Shown here piece after piece: positions 1 to 10,249 of a stretch of 64,000 nucleotides of DNA. The DNA comes from Desulfurococcaceae archaeon (GTDB lineage Archaea; Thermoproteota; Thermoprotei_A; Sulfolobales; Desulfurococcaceae). Location: NCBI GenBank assembly GCA_038888155.1, contig JAWAJB010000003.1, forward strand, positions 114,279 to 178,278. The letters run 5' to 3'. The notes beneath the pieces were generated by a model that did no database searches, had not been told where the DNA came from, and worked only from the letters and a program-made list of their open reading frames with translations. Position numbers and translations under genes: made by a program. Positions within the stretch are counted from its first letter, which is position 1; the number at the start of each line of letters is the position of its first letter.

Positions 1-1
1 G

Positions 2-310
2 AAGTACTATAGAGAGTTGCCGTATATGGTTGAGAAATTAGCTATCGAGCTGAGGCAGGGCGCTTGCAAAAAGATTATCTTGGTATCGCACTACGGTGTA
101 ACCCACTTAAATCTAGTAGGGGAGAGGAAAGAGTCCTATCCCTACTTGGCCTCTACTCGCTTTGAGAGCATCCTCAGGGGAGAGCTTGTAGACTTAGTTA
201 TACACGGGCACATTCACATGGGCAAGCTCGATGTCGTCAATATAAGAGGCATACCGGTGTACAACGTTTCTCTGCCAGCTAGGAGAAAGCTAGTTGAGGT
301 TAGGCTGTAG
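2..310 (+). CDS. Metallophosphoesterase (calcineurin-like), 5'-truncated by window edge
   Basis: Frame open from position 2; C-terminal motifs ILVSHY and VIHGHIH, ending GIPVYNVSLP. Confidence 0.75.
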   Translation, partial: KYYRELPYMVEKLAIELRQGACKKIILVSHYGVTHLNLVGERKESYPYLASTRFESILRGELVDLVIHGHIHMGKLDVVNIRGIPVYNVSLPARRKLVEVRL

Positions 311-1183
311 CTACCTCAACCCCTCAAAGGAGCCGAGAGAGGAAGTCAGCACAACAACTTCGCTAGCCCACTCGAAGAGTAGCTTATTCCTCCTGAACAG
401 CAGATCTAGCTCGTACATGAGCTTTGAGCACTCAGGAGTGGCCATGTACTTACACGTTTTTACCTCTTGGGTTCTTTCCTTGAATTGCTGGGGTAAGTGC
501 GGCTCTACAAGCTCCATGTAGAAGGCCACAGAAGTTGCAGCTAAGCTCTTGTAATCCCTGTAAAGGTCGCTGAACTGTTTGAGGTAGCTAAATACAGCCC
601 CCTCGCGCGCTTCGACTATCGAGAAACCGCGCCACTTAGAGCTAAGCACCCTGTACAGGTCATTGAAGGTAACTCCCGATCTAAGTATTGCGATTTGCGT
701 GTAGCCTAGTGACTGCAGGTGCTCGAACATGTCATCTCTATCTATGATTTTCAAGGAGTCAACAAACTGCCTTATATCACTCCACTTGCTCACAGAGTTT
801 ATTGTTTCAATGGCTTTTTTGAACTTAGCGCTCTCGCCTAGGATGCTCTCCACGCCGCTGAGCCCTAGGGAGACCCCAACTATTAAAAGCGGAGTAATGT
901 ACTGGGGATGGGTTGCATTGCACAACCTGAAGGAGTCCTTTAATGCGCTTGAGTAGAGCTTACCGTAATCTACGCTCGTAGAGGCTATCTCCCCACGCTT
1001 GATCCTCTCTCCAAGCGAGATCGCCTCTGCTACATGGTCTACAGACGCTATGAGGTTGCACATCACCTCGTCAAACGCTCTAACTGGAGCTAATCTATGT
1101 AAACCCCCAGGCTTAATGTAAGCAGCTAAACCTGTGATAGCGCCGCGAATAAGCGTTTTCGCAGATATTAATTCGCTGCTCAT
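311..1183 (-). CDS. CitG-like (triphosphoribosyl-dephospho-CoA synthase family) protein, divergent
   Basis: 290 aa helical protein; N-terminal KPGGLHR resembles the archaeal CitG KPGNVHR motif. Confidence 0.5.
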   Translation of the reverse strand: MSSELISAKTLIRGAITGLAAYIKPGGLHRLAPVRAFDEVMCNLIASVDHVAEAISLGERIKRGEIASTSVDYGKLYSSALKDSFRLCNATHPQYITPLLIVGVSLGLSGVESILGESAKFKKAIETINSVSKWSDIRQFVDSLKIIDRDDMFEHLQSLGYTQIAILRSGVTFNDLYRVLSSKWRGFSIVEAREGAVFSYLKQFSDLYRDYKSLAATSVAFYMELVEPHLPQQFKERTQEVKTCKYMATPECSKLMYELDLLFRRNKLLFEWASEVVVLTSSLGSFEGLR

Positions 1184-1219
1184 AACTTATCACGCGTTAC
1201 TCAGGGCCCTTCCAAGTGC

Positions 1220-1396
1220 CTATAATACTTTAATTGCGTGCTCGCCTATTATTTGTAACCTGCTAAACGCGGACACGCGAATTTTTAACTCTACAGCTCG
1301 CTCGTTTTTATGTAGAACCTCGATCTCTAGTAGCTCTCCCTCGTGGTTGAGAGCAAAGGTGTTGGCACTATATAAACCGTAATTCAGGTAACTCAT
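1220..1396 (-). CDS. Small hypothetical protein (58 aa), not in ORF track
   Basis: ATG 1396 to TAG 1220, MSYLNYGLYSANTFALNHEGELLEIEVL...; fills the gap upstream of the CitG-like gene. Confidence 0.35.
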   Translation of the reverse strand: MSYLNYGLYSANTFALNHEGELLEIEVLHKNERAVELKIRVSAFSRLQIIGEHAIKVL

Positions 1397-1424
1397 TGTT
1401 GATGCACACTTAGGTGTTAAGACT

Positions 1425-1715
1425 GTGGCTTTAGCTACCGCAGTATTAACGTGTAAAGGGGATTTGGTAGTCAGCTACAACGAAGCGGAGGAGCTAGTTA
1501 TCTACGATATGCAGGCCAAGAGAGTTATCTCTAGGTTGAGAAAGCCTAGTAACGCTCTACTACTAGAAGAAATTCTCGAAGACTTTGATCCGTGGGTGAT
1601 ATTCTCGGAGGACATACCCGCCGATATCGTAGACGCAATTAGGGATATGGGCATCAAGGTCCAGTTAGTCAAGGGATACACTGTAGAGGGCCTTATAAGC
1701 GAGCTATTTGTCTAA
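1425..1715 (+). CDS. NifB/NifX-like (FeMo-co binding fold) small protein
   Basis: 96 aa; YNEAEELVIYD ... DMGIKVQLVKGYTVEGLI matches the family pattern. Confidence 0.55.
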   Translation: MALATAVLTCKGDLVVSYNEAEELVIYDMQAKRVISRLRKPSNALLLEEILEDFDPWVIFSEDIPADIVDAIRDMGIKVQLVKGYTVEGLISELFV

Positions 1716-1731
1716 CGAGGTGACTTAAAAA

Positions 1732-2016
1732 GTGGTATACCACATTGCAATAGATGTGCTTAATCCTACTAGTAGCGTGGATGAGGGAACTAGGCGAGCA
1801 ATATCTGAGAAGTGCACCCTAGTTTGTAGCAATGAGCAACTAGGGCTATCCATATATGGGTGCACCCCAGGCGTTGTCTACATCCAGAAAGCCGGAGGCT
1901 CGCTCCTAATAGATATTATAGGTGGAGAGGAAACCTTCTTTGAGAATATCCTAAAGGCCCTTCCAAAGCACAGCGTAATGATAAGGTTGCTGGAGAGGGG
2001 TACACCAGAAGCCTGA
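1732..2016 (+). CDS. Hypothetical protein with probable degenerate AdoMetDC (SpeH) fold
   Basis: HIAIDV, LLIDII, ENILKAL and IRLLERG align to SpeH landmarks; ESH cleavage motif absent; RBS GAGGTGA upstream. Confidence 0.45.
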   Translation: MVYHIAIDVLNPTSSVDEGTRRAISEKCTLVCSNEQLGLSIYGCTPGVVYIQKAGGSLLIDIIGGEETFFENILKALPKHSVMIRLLERGTPEA

Positions 2017-2023
2017 CCTAGAA

Positions 2024-2563
2024 GTGATGCACATGAGTAGCGCTGATGTCGTAATAAAGCTCGACGAGAGCACGTGCAGGGGCTATGTAGATGACCCCTC
2101 TCACATAAGCGAACTAGCTGAGAGATGGTTTGGCAAGCTACACTTTAAGAGGCTTGTCCTCGATCTCGTAGAAGTAGCATACATTGTGTCCCAGCTTCAG
2201 GGAAAGGCAGTAGTTCTGGACTCCCAAGGAAGAGCCATTAAGAGCATTGAAGGGCTCGTGGAGGTATACGGGAAGTGCTTTGAGAGCCTTTTCTGGCCTA
2301 TGCTCTCTGTGCTAAAGGACCTGCGCGAAAGGGGGAGAAGGGTTAGAGTACTAGAGCCTATGAAATTCTTAGTCAAGGACAAAGAGGGAGAATTAAGACT
2401 AATATATATTCTCGAAGAGAAGTCAATTATCAACATAGACTCTTTAACTAACATAGTCGAGGAGGCACGTAGGAATAACCTTAAAGCCTCCCTAGCCATT
2501 GTCAGTCTACAAGGTGAGCTAACATATTACGATTTAAACCAAGCAGAAATTAAGGTGAATTAA
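2024..2563 (+). CDS. tRNA-splicing endonuclease structural (non-catalytic) subunit
   Basis: WFGK...LVLDLVEVAY and LKDLRERG motifs, C-terminal LAIVS.QGELTYY; catalytic Y/H/K motifs not evident. Confidence 0.75.
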   Translation: MMHMSSADVVIKLDESTCRGYVDDPSHISELAERWFGKLHFKRLVLDLVEVAYIVSQLQGKAVVLDSQGRAIKSIEGLVEVYGKCFESLFWPMLSVLKDLRERGRRVRVLEPMKFLVKDKEGELRLIYILEEKSIINIDSLTNIVEEARRNNLKASLAIVSLQGELTYYDLNQAEIKVN

Positions 2564-2564
2564 A

Positions 2565-3863
2565 TTGAGCGAACCACACTACAATCCGCCTCGAGGCATG
2601 AGGGATATTGTAGGGGAGGAAGCAGAGCTCTACGAGCACCTCTTCTCTGAATTTAAGGCCGCTGCGAGGAGGCACGGCTTCATGCCCATAATAACCCCTA
2701 CTGTAGAGTACTTCACGCTATTCGAGGCAAAGAGCGGCGAGGAGATAAAGAGATCAATGTACGTGTTTGAGGATAAGGGAGGAAGATTGCTCGCCCTCAG
2801 GCCAGAGGTTACTGCCAGCGTTGTTAGGGCTTACCTTAAATCGCTTAGGTCGCTACCGAAGCCTATTAAGGTTTACTATGTATCTCAGTGCTTTAGGTAT
2901 GAGGAACCCCAGCACGCTAGGTACAGGGAGTTTTGGCAGGGAGGCCTCGAAGTAATAGGAGAGCAGGACATTAACGCTGATCTACTTGTTGCTATTGCAG
3001 CCAGCGATTTCCTAGATAGAGTGGGGGTGAATCACCTTTACGAAGTAGGGAACGTCTCAATATACAGGGGCTTTATGCGCAAACTCGAGGTCAGCGGAGG
3101 GCTCCAGGACTACATACTGCATTTAATAGATAAGGACCAAGTTGACGCTGCAATCAACAAGCTAAGAGAAGTCGCTGGAGAGCGGGGAGCCGAGATCTTC
3201 AAGTCTCTTCTATCCACAAAGGATTTAGATAGAGTAGAGGGCTTTATTGCAGACTACGGAGATCTATTGGGGGAGCTTCGCGAGATCATTTTAACTGAGC
3301 ACGCTAGAACAAGGGGCTTTATTGATACCCTTCGAGAGATCGGCTACAGCGCTGAATATGAGCCTAAACTTGTAAGGGGATTGGCCTACTACACAGGGCT
3401 AATTTTTGAGTACAAAGTAACTGGCACTCAAGCGCTTCCCAGTATTGGAGGGGGCGGAAGATACGACGGACTTACGGAAGTTTACAGCGGCACATTTGAG
3501 TACTCTACAGGCCTGGCGCTAGGTATTGACAGAGTAGCGCTAGCTTTAAGCGGCAGGCCCCTACCTCAAACAGGTAAATACGTTGTCGTATTGATACTAG
3601 GAGATGCACCGCTTCACGTTGGTTACAGAACGCTTAAGGCAATTGTCAAGGGTACTAACGTAAACGGCTACGTTTACAGGGCTAGGTCCCTATCCAGGGG
3701 CTTAGAGCACGTCAATAAAGCTGGGTGCGAGCTCGCGGTCATCATCGGTGAAAGAGAGCTTAAGGGTAATAGCGTAATAATTAAGAACATGAAGACAGGA
3801 GAACAGGTTCAAGTCAGCTTGGGTTCAATCCTAGAGGCCGTCAAGAACATGATTAGTTCATAG
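2565..3863 (+). CDS. hisS: Histidine--tRNA ligase
   Basis: PRGMRD, LRPEVT, FRYEEPQ.ARYREFWQ, LVRGLAYYTG, GGGRYDGL. Confidence 0.97.
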   Translation: MSEPHYNPPRGMRDIVGEEAELYEHLFSEFKAAARRHGFMPIITPTVEYFTLFEAKSGEEIKRSMYVFEDKGGRLLALRPEVTASVVRAYLKSLRSLPKPIKVYYVSQCFRYEEPQHARYREFWQGGLEVIGEQDINADLLVAIAASDFLDRVGVNHLYEVGNVSIYRGFMRKLEVSGGLQDYILHLIDKDQVDAAINKLREVAGERGAEIFKSLLSTKDLDRVEGFIADYGDLLGELREIILTEHARTRGFIDTLREIGYSAEYEPKLVRGLAYYTGLIFEYKVTGTQALPSIGGGGRYDGLTEVYSGTFEYSTGLALGIDRVALALSGRPLPQTGKYVVVLILGDAPLHVGYRTLKAIVKGTNVNGYVYRARSLSRGLEHVNKAGCELAVIIGERELKGNSVIIKNMKTGEQVQVSLGSILEAVKNMISS

Positions 3864-3960
3864 CCAGCCTATCATCTATCAACTTTTAGAGAGATATAAG
3901 TGCCTTTACGAATTTAAACCTAAAGGTACTATTTACTAAGAATCTCTGAGGTGAAATCTC

Positions 3961-5409
3961 TTGGCTAGAGCTAAACTCGAGAAAATTGGGGAGTATGAAT
4001 GGCGCATACCCTCTAACCTCAAGCCGTGCATGAAGACAGACGCAATCATATTCTCAGACGAGTACCTCCTAGAGAAAATGGAGAGCGATTTGACGTTGGA
4101 TCAAGCTGCGAATGTAGCGTGTTTGCCGGGCATCAAGCTCTACTCCTATGTAATGCCTGATGGACACCAGGGGTACGGCTTCCCCATAGGCGGTGTAGCC
4201 GGCTTCGATGTGGAGGAGGGCGTTATAAGCCCGGGCGGAGTTGGCTACGATATAAACTGCGGTGTTAGGGTTCTAAAGACAAACCTCATGCTGGATGACC
4301 TAGAGGGCAAACTAAAAGAGCTTGTAGAAGTAATGTTCAGGAATATACCGAGCGGTGTAGGCTCCACGGGGCAGTTAAGGCTATCTTTCAGGGATCTCGA
4401 CGACGTGCTAGAGAGAGGTGTTAAGTGGGCCATCGAGAAGGGCTTCGGCTGGGAGAGAGATGCTGAGCACACTGAAGAGCAGGGATCCATGAAGGCCGCA
4501 AGAGCTGACAAGATAAGCAAGGTAGCCAAGCAGAGAGGACACGAGCAGCTTGGAACACTTGGAGCAGGCAATCACTTCCTTGAAATCCAGGTTGTAGATA
4601 GGATATACGATCCCCACATAGCCTCAGTCATGGGAATTAAAAGCGTTGGACAGGTAGCAGTGATGATCCACACTGGTAGCAGGGGGCTTGGCCACCAAGT
4701 TGCAAGCGACTACTTAATGGTAATGGAGAGAGCTATGAAGAAGTACGGCATCTCTGTGCCAGATAGGGAGCTAGCAGCCCTTCCCTTTCACAGCTCTGAA
4801 GCCCAGGATTACTTCGCTGCTATGGCTGCAGCTGCAAACTTCGCTTGGGCTAATAGACAGATAATAACGCACTGGGTGAGGGAGAGCTTTAGGAAAACCC
4901 TACAAGCGGCTCCCGAGGAGCTGGGATTAGATGTGATATACGACGTAGCTCACAACATAGCCAAAGTTGAAGAGCATACTATAAACGGAGAGAAGTACAA
5001 AGTAGTTGTTCACAGAAAAGGAGCTACGAGGGCATTTCCCCCGGGTCACCCCGATATACCTTCGGATTACAGCAAAATTGGCCAGCCAGTTTTAATACCT
5101 GGAAGCATGGGGACTGCTAGCTACATACTTATTGGGCTCAAAGAAGGAGCGAGAACGTGGTACAGTGCACCACACGGCGCTGGTCGGTGGCTTAGTAGAG
5201 GAGATGCCATAAGGTCTTATACGCCTGACCGCGTAATATCCGAGCTAACCCACAAGGGGATCTTTGTGAGAGCTGCAAGCAGGAGAGTTATAAGCGAGGA
5301 GGCCCCCGAAGCGTATAAGGACGTAGATAGAGTTGTGCTCGTAGCCGATAAAGTGAGGATCGCTAGACCTGTCGCTAGGTTGACTCCAGTAGGCGTTGTA
5401 AAGGGCTAG
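3961..5409 (+). CDS. rtcB: tRNA-splicing ligase RtcB
   Basis: MPDGHQGYGFPIGGV, GYDINCG, GNHFLE, HRKGAT, HGAGR, EEAPEAYKD; no intein. Confidence 0.97.
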   Translation: MARAKLEKIGEYEWRIPSNLKPCMKTDAIIFSDEYLLEKMESDLTLDQAANVACLPGIKLYSYVMPDGHQGYGFPIGGVAGFDVEEGVISPGGVGYDINCGVRVLKTNLMLDDLEGKLKELVEVMFRNIPSGVGSTGQLRLSFRDLDDVLERGVKWAIEKGFGWERDAEHTEEQGSMKAARADKISKVAKQRGHEQLGTLGAGNHFLEIQVVDRIYDPHIASVMGIKSVGQVAVMIHTGSRGLGHQVASDYLMVMERAMKKYGISVPDRELAALPFHSSEAQDYFAAMAAAANFAWANRQIITHWVRESFRKTLQAAPEELGLDVIYDVAHNIAKVEEHTINGEKYKVVVHRKGATRAFPPGHPDIPSDYSKIGQPVLIPGSMGTASYILIGLKEGARTWYSAPHGAGRWLSRGDAIRSYTPDRVISELTHKGIFVRAASRRVISEEAPEAYKDVDRVVLVADKVRIARPVARLTPVGVVKG

Positions 5410-5613
5410 AGCTTATCGGAGCTTTTTGCTACTGTTGTGCTGACTTAGCTTTTAGCGCTAACTCGTTATCGGCGTGGAAAGACAGAGGATGTGCCCACTT
5501 AATAAACCCCCTCGTTAGGAGTGCTCCAAAAGGTGACTAAGTTGTCCTTATGCAGGCCCTCAAGTCAATGTAAAGTAGATGGAGAATTGGAGGAGACGTT
5601 GTTTAGCACGCTG

Positions 5614-6306
5614 CTACTTCTTTGATGGTATAAACTTCCCCAGTATTTGGGCAAACATTGGTAGATTTCTGCTCTGTATCCACACTCTGCCGGGACCCTT
5701 TGTCTCAACTACTAGCCCCTCCCCACCTAGGAACAGCGTTTTAAGTCCTCCCAACTTCTTTATGCTCCAACTAACTCTCCCCTCGAGCGCAACGAAATGG
5801 CCGTTGTCAATTACGAATGCCTCTCCAGAGGGTATATTGATCTCCTCTATTGCACCGTAGCTGTTTAGGAAAACTATTCCCTCACCCGCAGCTTTAAGCC
5901 ATATAAGTTCGCCCTCAGCTATTAACCCCTTTAACCCCCTCCAGCCAACTGTAAGCGTTATGTTCCCTATGTGGCCTAGGTAGCTAGTGTCCTGTATAAG
6001 TATTTCATCCTTATTCAGCTCTACTGCTGCTATGTCTCCAGGGATACTTGGGGCAGCCCATATCTCTGCATTGGATTGAGCCATAAACGTGTTTAAAAAG
6101 AAGCTCTCTCCTCCAGCAAGGACTCTCGCTAAGCCGGACTTCACGCCGAGGGAGCTCGTGTTGATCTTAACCTCTCCTCGGTGCATCATATATGATCCGG
6201 GCTCAATAGTTACAGATTCGCCAGGGCTTAACTGGAGCTTCAGAATGGAGTAAGCCGGACCTTTATCAACTCTGTACTGAACCACTATTCCCATCCAAGT
6301 GAGCAA
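5614..6306 (-). CDS. TIGR00266/AIM24 family protein
   Basis: GGESFFLN, IDNGHFVA, GGEGLV..GPGRVWIQSR. Confidence 0.9.
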   Translation of the reverse strand: MLTWMGIVVQYRVDKGPAYSILKLQLSPGESVTIEPGSYMMHRGEVKINTSSLGVKSGLARVLAGGESFFLNTFMAQSNAEIWAAPSIPGDIAAVELNKDEILIQDTSYLGHIGNITLTVGWRGLKGLIAEGELIWLKAAGEGIVFLNSYGAIEEINIPSGEAFVIDNGHFVALEGRVSWSIKKLGGLKTLFLGGEGLVVETKGPGRVWIQSRNLPMFAQILGKFIPSKK

Positions 6307-6603
6307 TCGACATGGGGGTTAATATAAGAGGAATTTGCCCACAACTCATACAAAGTCGCTATGATTATCGCTCTCTTTAACAAGCCAGCAACGTTTGCCT
6401 TTACTTAGAATTTTTTAATGGCGTAAAATTTAATTGACCTGCTTGGTTGTCAAACTTATTTAAAGACCGTGTCCTCTAAAACAAGTAACAGCGCAGTAGC
6501 CTTTAGGCGCAAGTCCCTAATTGTCCTCTCCTTGGGTCAACATTAACGCGCTTTTTGGCCGGCTGAAGTTATTATATTCTAAAAAGCTCTTGTAATTTGA
6601 GGT

Positions 6604-7569
6604 GTGGTGGCGCTTTTGCGTGAATTGAGTTACAGCGAGTACCTCCAGTTCGCCTCAAAGCACAATAAAGTAGTTATAGAAGATCGGGAGATCAAGCTCG
6701 AGCCTATAGATGTTAAAAGGCTTAAGCCCTCTACCAAGGAGTTAACAGATACCTCGACAACTGTTTGGAGCTTCCCAAGGCGGGGTTCTTGGGCAACACA
6801 TAGAGGAGATTATAGGGGTAATTGGGCCCCACAGATCCCGAGGGCCCTCATAGAGAAATACTCTAGGCCGGGCGAAGTAGTTTTAGACCCTATGGTTGGT
6901 TCGGGGACTACTTGTGTGGAGGCGAGGCTCCTAGGTAGAAACTGCATTGGAGTTGATGTAAACTACAACTCTGCAATTTTAGCTCTCCACAGGCTTTACT
7001 GGCTAGAGGAGTACGCTAGGAGGTGGAGTGGTCCAGTTAAGCCAGTCGAGGTGGAGAACGTTGAGAAATCATGGAGTAAGATCTACCATGGTGATGCTCG
7101 GAGTATCTCTTTACTACAGGATAGCTCTGCTGACCTAGTGGCAGTACACCCACCATACTGGAACATCATCAAGTACGGCCAGGATGGGAAGGCTGAGGGA
7201 GATCTCTCGAGGGCTAGAACGCTAGAGGAGTACGTGAAGCTCATGAGCGAGGTCGCGAGCGAGCTGTATAGAGTCTTAAAGCGTGGAGGATACTTAGGCA
7301 TCTTAATAGGTGATACCAGGATCCGCAAACACTACATTCCTGTATCTCACTCCGTGCTTCAGGTGTTCTTGAAAGCAGGTTTCCTGTTAAAAGAAGAAGT
7401 GATCAAAGTACAGCACAAAATGAAAACAACTAGGGAGGTGTGGAGCAAAATGAAGGAAAAAGACTTCTTGCTGATTTATCACGAGAAGCTATACATATTC
7501 AGGAAGCCTGCGGATGCTAGCGACGCAGTCAAACATAAAAGTAGCGGTAAGTTGTTGCTATTAACATAA
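6604..7569 (+). CDS. DNA amino-methyltransferase (N4-C/N6-A), apparently orphan
   Basis: SAM motif DPMVGSGTT, catalytic HPPY, YRGNWAPQIPR, FLLIYHEKLYIFRKP. Confidence 0.85.
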   Translation: MVALLRELSYSEYLQFASKHNKVVIEDREIKLEPIDVKRLKPSTKELTDTSTTVWSFPRRGSWATHRGDYRGNWAPQIPRALIEKYSRPGEVVLDPMVGSGTTCVEARLLGRNCIGVDVNYNSAILALHRLYWLEEYARRWSGPVKPVEVENVEKSWSKIYHGDARSISLLQDSSADLVAVHPPYWNIIKYGQDGKAEGDLSRARTLEEYVKLMSEVASELYRVLKRGGYLGILIGDTRIRKHYIPVSHSVLQVFLKAGFLLKEEVIKVQHKMKTTREVWSKMKEKDFLLIYHEKLYIFRKPADASDAVKHKSSGKLLLLT

Positions 7570-7800
7570 GCTTCTGCAACCATATCCTTCCACGTAGCTG
7601 GAATTATGAGTGCATCTTTTCTGCTTAATTATGTCCCACTCGCATAACAGATAGATCACTTTGCCCCCACATTGTTCCTCATCGCCTTGAGCCTAGCAAA
7701 TTTGTCCCTTTCGATCTCATGTGTAACCTCCATGAAAATAGAGAGCAGTCCGTGGGATAGCTAGTTCAGTGATAGATTACTTATATTTTTCACGTTGTTT

Positions 7801-7851
7801 ATTGAGAGCCCGCGCGTGTTGTTATACCTTGATCCCCCATGGTATTTCTAA
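7801..7851 (+). pseudogene. Fragment of a Dam/D12-type adenine methyltransferase
   Basis: Reads IESPRVLLYLDPPWYF* (motif IV context); no complete gene. Confidence 0.4.
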
Positions 7852-7970
7852 AAGGAGTGCCTAGGACTCCAATCTCCCGATATTCACAACACCAATTTAC
7901 ATTTACTAACTCCTAACATCTTTAATGGTTATTTCTTATACGCATATGCGCTTGCTCTATGGGCGCAAAC

Positions 7971-8899
7971 TTAGAGCTTATGGATTTTTACTATCAGTGG
8001 TAGGTACTCTCTACCGAGCATATCTAGCTCTTTAAAGTACACTACCCTCATTTCGCGAGTATTTAAGCTGGCTTTGTACACGGTCCTTTCCACCAAGCTC
8101 AAGACATAGCTATCTATAGCATTTTCCCCTCCTTTAACTGCTCTCAGCAAGTAGAGCGTTGCCGGAAGAGTAAAGTAATTCTCTGCTATGCCCGCCTCTC
8201 TTGGTGGAATGGCTTTTGCTAGGATTGCTTTGTCAATCCAGCTAATATTATCTGGCTCTTTTGCCTTGTAGAAACCTGCTAGCTTGGAAGGAAGGTAGAA
8301 AGCAAAACCTCGCTTGGATCTATTTACAAGCAATCTATCAATGGAAATGGCATGTCCTCTAATAAGGTCCACGCTTATCCTGTAAAGCCTTTTAAGCCCG
8401 CCGTATCTCTTCTCTCTTAAATGAATATACGCGGGTACTTCGGCGTTTTTACCCACAACTACAGATATGTGGAGGTCAAAGCCTACTCTAGCTACTAATT
8501 CTACGTCTTCGCCGTAGTTTAGATCTCTCCACCCCCCTTTAGACAGTATTGCTTCCCGTTTAGCTATGATTGGGCCTACGTGTACAACTAGCTTTGTCTC
8601 GTAAGCGTATTCTAATGCCCTATGAAAAGCCTCATTGTATCTAGATCAAACCAGAGTGCTGTGCTTCCCTCTGCGCACTTATATAGCGCCAACTGCCTGC
8701 CTAGACCCCTGGTACACTCATATCGGTAAATCCTTAGATTAAGCTCTTTTCGAAGCTCCAGCAGTCTCTCCCATGTGCCGTCGCTCGAGTAGTTATCTAC
8801 AATTACTATTTCGGCCTCGGGCCTCCAAACGCTCCGAATAGGCTACTCAACCCATTTTATATTGTTGCACACTGTTCCGTATAGGCATATTTTATCTAT
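7971..8899 (-). pseudogene. Glycosyltransferase family 2 pseudogene
   Basis: Reads ICLYGTVCNN..VE*PIRS..IVIVDNYSSDGTWE..GLGRQLA..FDLD, frameshifts near 8640 into GGWRDLNYGEDVEL and continues as the 7971-8456 ORF; in-frame TAG at 8843-8845. Confidence 0.8.
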
Positions 8900-8921
8900 G
8901 CCGTTCGCCTCTCTGGCGGGC

Positions 8922-10064
8922 CTAACTTTTAATCAGTCCGTGCTTTCTAAGCAAATCGATAAACCTCTCCCTGAAAACACCGGCGCTGAACTCCCTTGAG
9001 CGCTCTACCGCAAGTCGCTTCAACCTCCTAGTCTTATCTTCTTTTGCTTCAAGGTCTCTAACTAGCTTAGGTACTTCGCCTAAGTTGCTGTACCCCAGCT
9101 CAGCGCTTATTGGGGAAACAATATCAGTCCAGGCGCCACCATCTCTGTAGACTAGCGGAATGCACCCAGCAGACATAGCCTCGACAACCGCTATGCCGAA
9201 GTGCTCTGCGAACTGTGGATGCACGTAGAAAGTAGCCCTTTGGAGTAGCTCCCTTAGTACGTTGCTCTGAGCGTTTATCAGCATGTGGAAGTTCCTAGCC
9301 CCGCATCTCTTTATCTCTTCTTTTACTTTCTCTGCAACGCGATTGCTAATATCTAGCTCATAGCTCCTCTCACCAGTTGAACCAACTAGGTACCAATCGT
9401 AGTCAGGCACCTTTGCTGCTACGCTCGGCAGCAGTTCGAGGTTTTTCTCTGGGGTGTACCTAGATATTGTTACTATGATCTTTTCCTTTTGTCTGCCGTC
9501 GTAGGCAAAGTACTCGACATCTACAGGTGGGTAAAGCACCTCGGCATCAATGCCGTAGGTTTCCTTTGTGAGCTTTGCTGTCCACTTGCTGTTAGTTAAA
9601 ACAACCTTAGGACGGCCGAGTATCTTCTTAGCTCTGTGCTCAACGAGCCAGTTGTACAGCCCCCAGTGGATAGAGCTAGAGGGAGAAGTCGAAAGCATGA
9701 TGGGGTAGTGGATGTAGGATATATCGACATCTACGGGTACATTTAGCCCCGTGTCTATTAGAATCCTATTGTCTTCTTTAATAGACCATAGCTTTGATGT
9801 AGCCTTTTCTAAAAGCAACAGCCTCCTATACCTTACAAATCTACCAGTATAGCCGAGAATTTTTTCAAGTAGGCTGTCAGCCTCTATAACCTGGTAATCG
9901 CCCGGCAATCCAAGCCGCTCTGCTATTTTTTTCATGACGCTGGCCGAGTTAGTTACATACACTACCTCAATACCTGCGTTTCTCAAAGCGCGTGCAATTT
10001 CTAGGCTAACTCTCTCGCCTCCTCCTGCTATATTAAATAAGTGAAGCACATAAGCCGTTAACAA
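8922..10064 (-). CDS. Glycosyltransferase family 4 (ALG11-like)
   Basis: GGGERV, YIHYP, NSKWT, LYPPVD, SRYTPEKN, EHFGIAVVEAMSAG. Confidence 0.92.
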   Translation of the reverse strand: MLTAYVLHLFNIAGGGERVSLEIARALRNAGIEVVYVTNSASVMKKIAERLGLPGDYQVIEADSLLEKILGYTGRFVRYRRLLLLEKATSKLWSIKEDNRILIDTGLNVPVDVDISYIHYPIMLSTSPSSSIHWGLYNWLVEHRAKKILGRPKVVLTNSKWTAKLTKETYGIDAEVLYPPVDVEYFAYDGRQKEKIIVTISRYTPEKNLELLPSVAAKVPDYDWYLVGSTGERSYELDISNRVAEKVKEEIKRCGARNFHMLINAQSNVLRELLQRATFYVHPQFAEHFGIAVVEAMSAGCIPLVYRDGGAWTDIVSPISAELGYSNLGEVPKLVRDLEAKEDKTRRLKRLAVERSREFSAGVFRERFIDLLRKHGLIKS

Positions 10065-10249
10065 GGCATTCCAACCTCGGCCTCAGATTAACTTAATATA
10101 CAGCGTTCTCAACAATTTATGAGTGAACTGACGGCTTTAAAATAAGACTTATTGTTAAAGGTAAAGCTCGCAAAGTAGTTTTTAAAGCGACGCTATCATT
10201 ATCTGTTGCTGTGTTTAATCAAGCCATCTCTTAAAAATTCACCAATGCG

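Noticed and set aside
2024-5409. Endonuclease subunit-hisS-rtcB as a novel RNA repair system
   Set aside because: Ordinary archaeal tRNA-splicing housekeeping genes
8843-8845. Pyrrolysine/readthrough at the in-frame TAG of the GT2
   Set aside because: The same gene also has a frameshift, and no pyl genes are in the window
8914-8922. TGGCGGGCC as an att duplicate of the tRNA-Arg 3' end
   Set aside because: Too short to be significant
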